DNA from: a virus
Strand: one strand, 5' to 3'
IMG/VR virus record: IMGVR_UViG_3300006925_000007
Location: 48,242 to 112,241 of that record
DNA: 64,000 nucleotides
Part shown: piece by piece, positions 56,716 through 64,000 of the stretch
Position numbering within the stretch: position 1 is the stretch's first letter
Layout of the letters: each line of letters begins with the position of its first letter
Notes under the pieces: model-generated
The model's database searches: none
Seen by the model: the letters and a program-made list of their open reading frames with translations, nothing else
Told to the model about the DNA's origin: nothing
Program-made: the position numbers and the translations under genes

Positions 56716-56740
56716 AGTATATAAACTAGGAGAATTTTCT

Positions 56741-57091
56741 ATGGACGAACGTCTTGAGAAAGCGTTAGAGTTTAGTAATTACACTCTAACACTTAATAAT
56801 CAAAAACGAAATATTAAAAATAGAGTAGCACAATTACAATTAGTGCATCACCAAGCAGGTGTGTTTGTTGCAAATCAAGAAACAATTGCATTTGTAAAGA
56901 CATTAATTGATCTTGACAAAAGTAAAAATACAGTCTTAATTGATTCAAAAGATAATCCAGTTCAAGTTGCTGACCTAACTGAACTGCTTGATAAATTAGT
57001 AGATCAATATATTAGTGCTACACAAGAGTATGATGTTGAATACCAAAAACTACGAAAGTCTAGAAGTATCAAAACAATAATGGATTGGTAA
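56741..57091 (+). CDS. Hypothetical protein
   Basis: 116 aa (MDERLEKALEFSNY...LIDSKDNPV), good RBS. Confidence 0.7.
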   Translation: MDERLEKALEFSNYTLTLNNQKRNIKNRVAQLQLVHHQAGVFVANQETIAFVKTLIDLDKSKNTVLIDSKDNPVQVADLTELLDKLVDQYISATQEYDVEYQKLRKSRSIKTIMDW

Positions 57092-57999
57092 TGAGCGAAT
57101 ACAAAGTGCAACCATACAAAGAAGACGAAGGTGTGTGCTTCTTTGTTTATAATAATGAGCATTTAGATTATGTTGATCTGGCAATACTAGCTTCTCGATA
57201 TGTTAAAGAATATCTTAACTTACCAGTTTGTATAATTACTGATGCTGGAACATATGCATGGATGAAACAGTCACAAGAAGATGAAGTTATCAATGAGTCT
57301 TTTGATTATATAAAAATAACAGAAGATGAGTTCAGACCTAATGAGCGTAGACACTATGATAGTCCATGGACAGAATTTAAAGCACAGTTCAGCAATAGCA
57401 ACAAGCACAAGGTATGGGAATACAGTCCATTTTCAAAAACATTATTACTTGACACTGACTACATTGTAAAAAATAAATTCTTACTACGCAGTATGGCATA
57501 TGAAGGTGTTGCAATGTTTAACAATGCCATAAGTGCTAGAAATGAGAAACCACACATAAACGAAGTGTTACTATACCCAGGCGGTATTAAGATGTGGTGG
57601 AGCACAGTTGTATATTTTGATCGTAGCGACTTTAGTAAAATGTTTTTTGAGCTATGGGCTCATATTGCAGAGAACTATGAGTTCTATCAATTCTTATATA
57701 ATTTCCCACATAAACTATTTAGAACAGATTATTGTGTAAGTATTGCGGTTCATATACTAAATGGAATGGAAGATGGTGATGCTGTTCATAACTTTGATGA
57801 CCATCCAATGTATTTTCTATCTCAAAAAGATGATATAGTCGATGTTAATAATCTACAAGATTGGATCTGTCTTGGTAACGACACAAAAGAAGAATGGAAG
57901 AACATATTAATTAATCATAAAAATTTAGACTTGCATGTTATGAACAAACGTGCATTATCAAGAATAAAGCCAAAACTTATGGAGTTCTTTAATGAATAG
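57091..57999 (+). CDS. Nucleotide-diphospho-sugar transferase-like protein (GT-A fold)
   Basis: SPFSKTLLLDTDY DxD motif, WSTVVYF, FRTDY; ATG at 57091 coupled to the upstream TAA (ORF track starts at 57085). Confidence 0.65.
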   Translation: MSEYKVQPYKEDEGVCFFVYNNEHLDYVDLAILASRYVKEYLNLPVCIITDAGTYAWMKQSQEDEVINESFDYIKITEDEFRPNERRHYDSPWTEFKAQFSNSNKHKVWEYSPFSKTLLLDTDYIVKNKFLLRSMAYEGVAMFNNAISARNEKPHINEVLLYPGGIKMWWSTVVYFDRSDFSKMFFELWAHIAENYEFYQFLYNFPHKLFRTDYCVSIAVHILNGMEDGDAVHNFDDHPMYFLSQKDDIVDVNNLQDWICLGNDTKEEWKNILINHKNLDLHVMNKRALSRIKPKLMEFFNE

Positions 58000-58843
58000 T
58001 GAAATTATATCAGAGAACGGTTATGTAATTATAGCAGTTAATCCAATTGAGTTTAGACAAGCACAATGTTGTGCATTTTCAATTAAAAGTAAGATGCCAG
58101 ATGCTAGTGTAACACTAGTAGTTCCAGACAGCAATAAAGTAGAAAGTTCTTTTCTAACAGGATTTGATGCAGTTGCAGAATTACCATTTAAAAAACATAC
58201 AACATGTAGACAGAATGATTGGCAGCTATATTGGAGTAGTCCATATGAAAATACAATAGCGATAGATTGCAAGTCATTGGTCAAAGATGATCAAACTAGC
58301 ATGTGGGATTATTTAATAGATCATTATGATATTGTATTTCCAAACCAAGTCAATGATATTAGAAAAAATAAAATTAATCTAAAATATCAAGACGATTTAG
58401 AAAGTGAATACAATTTAAACATAGTTTACGCTAACATGTTCTTCTTTAAAAAGAATAACGTATCACTACGTCATTTTAAATTAGCAGATGTTTATTTTCA
58501 ATATTGGAAAGACACTTGTGTTAAATTTTTACAGCCTCAACACATACCAGACTTCTTTGATGTTGATGTTATGCACACGCTTGTTGCTACACACACAGGT
58601 GACAATGTAGTTGCACATCATAATGTATTACAATACATTGATATGAAAAATAGTGTAGAGTCGGGTGCATTAGGTAAAATAACCAAGTGGACTGATAAGT
58701 TAAACATTTGGTCAAGTGCTAATGGAAAAATTAAAATTCAAAACTATGCAATCAATGGAACACTAAGTTACCATGAGAATGAATTCCTAACAGACGAAAT
58801 ATTTAATGAGCAAAGAGACTACTACAGCAACATCACAAAGTAA
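57992..58843 (+). CDS. GT-A-like paralog with degenerate DxD
   Basis: SPYENTIAIDCKS aligns by eye with SPFSKTLLLDTDY of the previous gene. Confidence 0.55.
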   Translation: MNSEIISENGYVIIAVNPIEFRQAQCCAFSIKSKMPDASVTLVVPDSNKVESSFLTGFDAVAELPFKKHTTCRQNDWQLYWSSPYENTIAIDCKSLVKDDQTSMWDYLIDHYDIVFPNQVNDIRKNKINLKYQDDLESEYNLNIVYANMFFFKKNNVSLRHFKLADVYFQYWKDTCVKFLQPQHIPDFFDVDVMHTLVATHTGDNVVAHHNVLQYIDMKNSVESGALGKITKWTDKLNIWSSANGKIKIQNYAINGTLSYHENEFLTDEIFNEQRDYYSNITK

Positions 58844-59780
58844 AACGTGGTATATTCGATTTAATAAAAACTCAGGCAGAATACTGAGTATTGGTCCACG
58901 ACCATTTGTTACTACAACCGAAGACGAAGAAGTAACAGCATCCACAAATAATGTATGCAAGCATTTAATATCAGGCAAGAAAAAGATTAATAAGTATGCA
59001 GTTCATTGGGATCTATTTAATGAGGTTTGGGACATTGATGTAAAAAGTTCAGTGCTAGAATTAAAGACCAAGGGCGAGAAACTAAATCAAGCACTAGAAA
59101 GAGATCCAAGTATATGTGATGTATATATTAAAGTTATACGTGCAACTAATACTATCAAGATGGAAATTAATCTAACTACAATTAAACAGTCGTTAAACCT
59201 AGGACAAATCAATAGTATCAAACAAGATAACACAAGCATACTAGATCTTTATCTTTGTAGGAAGAATGATCCGGATTATATGATTGGTGTTATTCCAGTT
59301 GATGCAATTAAATTAATTAATGAAAGACATCTTTATATACAAGTTCCACCTAATATAACACGTCATATTAATAGTTGGGATGAAATAAGTTTTTTCACTA
59401 AGCCTGTGTTTGAATGCTATGGTATTGAATTTAGCGATGTTACAATATCAGCTGCTGATGATAACAACCAGCGGCCGCATCAATATGCAAACATAGGTGA
59501 AAACGCACACATAAATATGTATACATTAAATGATAAGTTAATTATTAAGAGCGAAGTCAATCCAGATACAATGTATTACTTTGATAACAAACCTAAGTTA
59601 GCATTACATGTATCAGATAAAGAAATTGACAACTATGTCAACACTTTAACATTTAACACTGACAAGTTGCTTAATAATAAGATAGAAATAGATTTGCCAG
59701 ATAATTGGCCAGCTAATCCTATAATTACATTTAAGAATAAAAAGTTAACAGTAAATTACTATGGAGAAAAGAATGAGTAA
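58806..59780 (+). CDS. Hypothetical protein
   Basis: 324-aa ORF within the operon; no motif recognised. Confidence 0.65.
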   Translation: MSKETTTATSQSKTWYIRFNKNSGRILSIGPRPFVTTTEDEEVTASTNNVCKHLISGKKKINKYAVHWDLFNEVWDIDVKSSVLELKTKGEKLNQALERDPSICDVYIKVIRATNTIKMEINLTTIKQSLNLGQINSIKQDNTSILDLYLCRKNDPDYMIGVIPVDAIKLINERHLYIQVPPNITRHINSWDEISFFTKPVFECYGIEFSDVTISAADDNNQRPHQYANIGENAHINMYTLNDKLIIKSEVNPDTMYYFDNKPKLALHVSDKEIDNYVNTLTFNTDKLLNNKIEIDLPDNWPANPIITFKNKKLTVNYYGEKNE

Positions 59781-60759
59781 CATGCAAAGCATTAATGAAT
59801 TTGATATTGTATATATCAGTTATGACGAACCTAATGCAGACGAGAACTACGCAGACTTGCTGGACAAATGTCCGTGGGCTAAACGCAGTCATGGTGTCGA
59901 GGGAAGTGATGCCGCACACAAGGCCGCTGCTAACATGGCAGATACAGATAGGTTTATTACAATTGATGCTGACAACATTGTGCATGATGCTTTCTTTAGT
60001 GTTGAAATAAACATGGATAAAATTAATGACACTGACGTTATTAGTTGGGCAGGCAAGAACATTACCAACGGACTTGTATACGGCAACGGTGGTATCAAGT
60101 GTTGGCCTAAAGAAGTTGTTATGAATATGAAAACACATGAGAATGCACCCAAAGGTGACAAGAGAGCACAAGTAGATTTTTGTTGGAACATTAACTATGT
60201 GCAGATGAATAATATCTATTGCACAGTAATGAACAATGGTAGTCCACTACAAGCCTGGCGTGCAGGTTTCCGTGAAGGTGTTAAGATGGGATTAGTAGAT
60301 GGAGATGTTATTGACCCAAGCGACTTAAAACAACGTGTGCATAGCAAAAACTACAAACGTTTGTTAACATGGATGAGCGTAGGTGACGATAGTGAAAATG
60401 GTATATGGGCAGTGTATGGCGCACGTCTAGGATGTCACATGACAAACATTACCAGAACTGAATGGGATTGGAAAAACGTTAGAGATTTTAAATGGCTTAC
60501 TAATTATTTTAATCAGGAAGTATTGCCACAGTTTCAAGATAATCCAGATCAATTATGTAAACGCACAGGCACACCATGGAATTACAAAGCAGTGGAAGAC
60601 AAGGCAATTGAACTTGGTATTGACCTACGCAAACGATTACATTTAGAAATTGCAGACTTAGGTAAAGAGGGCAGTGCTTTCTTTAAAGAAGTTTACATTA
60701 ATCCAAGTCGTATGGGAGCACAAATCAGAGAAGACCAAGTCGAAGATACATTAGAATAA
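59773..60759 (+). CDS. Glycosyltransferase-like protein (GT-A fold)
   Basis: DIVYISYDEPNADENY, AHKAAA, FITIDADN (DxD), YGNGGIK, QAWRAGFREGVKM; ATG at 59773 follows GGAG. Confidence 0.65.
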   Translation: MSNMQSINEFDIVYISYDEPNADENYADLLDKCPWAKRSHGVEGSDAAHKAAANMADTDRFITIDADNIVHDAFFSVEINMDKINDTDVISWAGKNITNGLVYGNGGIKCWPKEVVMNMKTHENAPKGDKRAQVDFCWNINYVQMNNIYCTVMNNGSPLQAWRAGFREGVKMGLVDGDVIDPSDLKQRVHSKNYKRLLTWMSVGDDSENGIWAVYGARLGCHMTNITRTEWDWKNVRDFKWLTNYFNQEVLPQFQDNPDQLCKRTGTPWNYKAVEDKAIELGIDLRKRLHLEIADLGKEGSAFFKEVYINPSRMGAQIREDQVEDTLE

Positions 60760-60762
60760 GAT

Positions 60763-62115
60763 ATGGCAGATACCAAAACTAATTGGGAAGAACATTACGG
60801 AGATACATTCTGTGTTTACCCATGGCTTAGCTTAATGGTAAACACAAGTGGAAGCATTGACTTTTGTTGTATTGCAAAGCCAAGTGTTCTACGAGACCAG
60901 GATGGAAAGATATTAGACATAAGCACCACTACTCTCAAAGAAGCGTGGAACAGTGATGATATGAAAGACCTTCGACTTGGTATGATACAAGGTGAACAGA
61001 TTAGTAGTTGTAAGCATTGTTACTTACAAGAAGAAGTAGGTAAAAAAAGTTTTAGACAAATGCACAACGAAGAATGGGAAAGTAGAATTGGTGCAGATGC
61101 AATACACGAAAGGGTTAAGGCAAGCTATGACAACGACATGGCACTACCTGATCACGATCCTGTATACTTAGATTTAAGACTAGGTAACCTATGTAACCTT
61201 AGTTGTAGAATGTGTAACAGTTATAACAGTAGCACAATTGCAAAAGAAAATAAGCAACTAGAAGAAATAGAACCTGAGTATAAAAAGATACAAGAAAAAA
61301 CATATGGCAAAACTCCAGACTGGGTATACAGCAAAGAGTATAGAGATAAATTTGATGCAGATGTTTTTTGGAAAGATATCTACGCATGGCTTCCAGACTT
61401 GAGAAAAGTTTACATGACAGGTGGTGAGCCCACTATGATCAAAAACAACATGGACTTCTTAGACTTTGCTGCAGACAATGGACATGCAGAACATATAACT
61501 GTATTCATGAATACAAATTGCACAAATGCTAATTCAAAATTCCTAAACAGCATAAGCAAATATGAAAGTGTAGATATTAATGCCAGCCTTGATGGTGTAG
61601 GCAATGTAAACGAATTCATACGTGGAACTAAGAGTTGGGATATCATTCTTAGAAACTATCGTGCTATGTTAGACAAGCCAAATGTTAACAGTAACATTAC
61701 TCCAGTGCTACAAATATATAATCTAAATCGTATACACGAAGTATTATACTTGGCAGCAGAACTAACAGATGAATATTATCCAAACCATGATTGGAAAACA
61801 ATTGGTGTAGATATATTAATAAACACACATCCAAATTATTTAGACATACGTAATCTTACAGTTGAACAACGAGCACCTGCATTAAAAAGATTACAAGAGT
61901 TTTCAGTTACATGCAAATATCTATACGAGAAGAATTGGTTAGTTAAGAATAGTGTAGACGGTATCATTAGTTACTTACAGCAACCTCAATTAGAAAACTG
62001 GCACAAAAACTTAACAGAGTTTGTTACATTAACTCAAGTATGGGATCGTAAACGTAATACAAACTTTAGTATTATAGACGACGAACTATATCAATCTATA
62101 AAAGAGATGTTATAA
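60763..62115 (+). CDS. Radical SAM protein with N-terminal SPASM/twitch-like Cys cluster
   Basis: CNLSCRMC (CxxxCxxC), TGGEP, SLDG; N-terminal FCVYPW...FCC...CKHCY. Confidence 0.9.
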   Translation: MADTKTNWEEHYGDTFCVYPWLSLMVNTSGSIDFCCIAKPSVLRDQDGKILDISTTTLKEAWNSDDMKDLRLGMIQGEQISSCKHCYLQEEVGKKSFRQMHNEEWESRIGADAIHERVKASYDNDMALPDHDPVYLDLRLGNLCNLSCRMCNSYNSSTIAKENKQLEEIEPEYKKIQEKTYGKTPDWVYSKEYRDKFDADVFWKDIYAWLPDLRKVYMTGGEPTMIKNNMDFLDFAADNGHAEHITVFMNTNCTNANSKFLNSISKYESVDINASLDGVGNVNEFIRGTKSWDIILRNYRAMLDKPNVNSNITPVLQIYNLNRIHEVLYLAAELTDEYYPNHDWKTIGVDILINTHPNYLDIRNLTVEQRAPALKRLQEFSVTCKYLYEKNWLVKNSVDGIISYLQQPQLENWHKNLTEFVTLTQVWDRKRNTNFSIIDDELYQSIKEML

Positions 62116-63410
62116 TGGCGCAAGACTTTTTAGAAGATTACGGAAAGGATTTCTGTATACTGCCATGGATACATATGGCAACACACACTGACGGCACTGC
62201 ATTACTATGTTGTGTTGCACAGAAGCCGCCAGACGAAAGAGTAAACTTAAATCACACAACAGTAGATGGCATATGGAATAGTTACTATTGGAAGAAAGCC
62301 AGACTGGCTATGCTCGCCGAGCAAAAACTAAAAGCATGTTCTCATTGTTACAAAGAAGAAGTAGCTGGTATTAGAAGTCATAGAATGAATGAAAACAATC
62401 TGTGGACAAAGAAGCTAGGCAGAGAATACATCGATGAATTAATTGCAAGCACAAACACAGACGGTAGTTTAGATCAAGATGTTGTCACATTAGACTTGCG
62501 TTTGGGAAACACATGTAATGTGCAATGCGTTATGTGTAGGCCTACTGATTCAAGTAAGTGGGTTAAGGCTGCTGAAATAATAGCCGCAGACAGTGAAGGT
62601 GAAGTCAAAAATGATTGGGATTGGAAGATACAAGATTTCAAACGTAATAAATTTAAGTGGGCAGAAGATGATGAGTTTTGGATTGAAGAAATTGAACCAC
62701 TGTTACCTACTATGCGTCATTTTATTTTTGCAGGCGGAGAACCACTATACCTAAAGAACCACAAACGTTTTTTAAAGATGTGTGTTGAGAGTGGGCATGC
62801 AGAACACATAGAGCTGCGTTATCATACCAATGGCACTATAATGCCAGACGATATAATTGAACTATGGAGTAAGTTTAAGTTTGTAGAACTAATGATTAGT
62901 ATTGATGGCATAGGCGAAATGAATAAATGGTTACGCTATCCAACTGAATGGAAAACAGTAGAACAAACGTTAGACAAGGTAGAGAACTCGCCACACGATA
63001 ATATTGTAGGCAAAGTATTATGCACCGTTAGTGCATTAAACATTTGGTATCTCCCAGACTTTGCTGAGTTCTTAATATCAAAACAATACAAAAAGATTGG
63101 AGCACAAGACCATTATGGTGTGTTCCATCCTGGTATACTACATTGGCCAACTTACTTATGCACAAAAGTTTTACCAGCTGGTCTTAAACAAGAGATAACA
63201 GACAAGATGCAAAAGTTGTTAGACGCACATCCTGACAATCCAAAAATACAAGAACTAAAAAACATTGTAACTTTTATGAACGAAGAAGACCACAGTCATA
63301 GTTGGAACGCACTAAACAAATACATACATTCGTTAGATAAGATGCGTGGCACAGACTTTAAAGAAGACTTTGCTTCTTTGTATGAGATATGGGAAAAGTA
63401 TGAAGTTTGA
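62115..63410 (+). CDS. Radical SAM protein with N-terminal SPASM/twitch-like Cys cluster (paralog)
   Basis: CNVQCVMC, AGGEP, TNG, SIDG; N-terminal FCILPW...LCC...CSHCY. Confidence 0.9.
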   Translation: MAQDFLEDYGKDFCILPWIHMATHTDGTALLCCVAQKPPDERVNLNHTTVDGIWNSYYWKKARLAMLAEQKLKACSHCYKEEVAGIRSHRMNENNLWTKKLGREYIDELIASTNTDGSLDQDVVTLDLRLGNTCNVQCVMCRPTDSSKWVKAAEIIAADSEGEVKNDWDWKIQDFKRNKFKWAEDDEFWIEEIEPLLPTMRHFIFAGGEPLYLKNHKRFLKMCVESGHAEHIELRYHTNGTIMPDDIIELWSKFKFVELMISIDGIGEMNKWLRYPTEWKTVEQTLDKVENSPHDNIVGKVLCTVSALNIWYLPDFAEFLISKQYKKIGAQDHYGVFHPGILHWPTYLCTKVLPAGLKQEITDKMQKLLDAHPDNPKIQELKNIVTFMNEEDHSHSWNALNKYIHSLDKMRGTDFKEDFASLYEIWEKYEV

Positions 63411-64000
63411 TTTAATACTTGGTGATAACAACAGTAAGCATACAGTGTTAAAGTGTGATATATTTCAGCACGAGTATCTAGATATTTTTCAAAATGATCC
63501 TACCATGTGCGAATGGAATTTATACAATGATAAATCAGCACAGCTACAAAAGTTGTCCGATGCGTTAAAAAAATTAATAGATATATGGAACACACATGGT
63601 ATACATCAACTCGATACAAGTGAGTTCCATTTGTTTAGCGATGACTCGGCAGTAGCTGCAATGAAACTGCATCAAGATATTCTTAATCCATTACAGTCAA
63701 GTATTATAACTGCATACAGAGATCTAAACGATAACAGTCAAGTAGAACACACTGAAGAACTAGTAGTTATGTTTAGAAAACTAAATCTAATAAGAGATAT
63801 AGTTTCACACTTGTCTGTAGATTTAGATTCGCAACAGTTTCAACTTGCGTTTGAAAGTGATTATAAGTTATTTGAAGATGACGACTTTGCAAGATTTAGT
63901 TTTGCTCGCAACCCAGGTGAAATATTTTTAGCACCAACTGACATTTCATATAACTATGATAATTTAATTATTGAAGAAAAGTCAGCATACGAAATAGATA
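63400..64000 (+). CDS. Hypothetical protein (runs off the window end)
   Basis: Read manually: ATG at 63400 (MKFDLILGDNNSKHTVLKCDIFQHEY...), open to the end of the window. Confidence 0.6.
   Translation, partial: MKFDLILGDNNSKHTVLKCDIFQHEYLDIFQNDPTMCEWNLYNDKSAQLQKLSDALKKLIDIWNTHGIHQLDTSEFHLFSDDSAVAAMKLHQDILNPLQSSIITAYRDLNDNSQVEHTEELVVMFRKLNLIRDIVSHLSVDLDSQQFQLAFESDYKLFEDDDFARFSFARNPGEIFLAPTDISYNYDNLIIEEKSAYEID

Noticed and set aside
36575-61646. Short minus-strand ORFs within the baseplate and glycosyltransferase/radical SAM genes
   Set aside because: Antisense shadows of long plus-strand genes with no independent signals.
1-64000. Alternative genetic code (stop codon reassignment)
   Set aside because: Genes are full length and densely packed under the standard code, and TAA, TAG and TGA all end genes.

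Overview
AT-rich 64-kb segment of a large T4-like (myovirus-type) dsDNA phage genome, almost entirely the virion morphogenesis region. All product calls come from recalled motifs and gene order, not database searches. 1-15003 (-): Ala-rich coiled-coil fibre and adhesin-like structural genes that share DNA repeats. 15125-15934 (-): a signal-peptide-bearing, porin-like outer-membrane protein with a perfect sigma70 promoter. 16122-21908 (-): head module (gp23, gp22, gp21, acidic core protein, portal gp20). 21938-27575 (-): two paralogous tape-measure-like proteins, one with a GH19-type hydrolase domain. 27651-28717 (+): gp26/gp51-like pair joined by a T-TTT-TTC -1 slippery site. 28718-34048 (-): sigma70-driven block of gp55, gp47, gp46, a small ORF and a stand-alone GIY-YIG nuclease, followed by a ~310-nt structured non-coding element. 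34140-56648 (+): baseplate and tail module. 56741-64000 (+): glycosyltransferase-like and radical SAM cluster. Late genes are preceded by (G/C)ATAAATA, a variant of the T4 late promoter. The best candidates for undescribed biology are (1) the minimal GIY-YIG nuclease with its downstream structured RNA and origin-like flank, (2) a lambda G/GT-style frameshift in the gp26/gp51-like pair, and (3) the dual-promoter phage porin.
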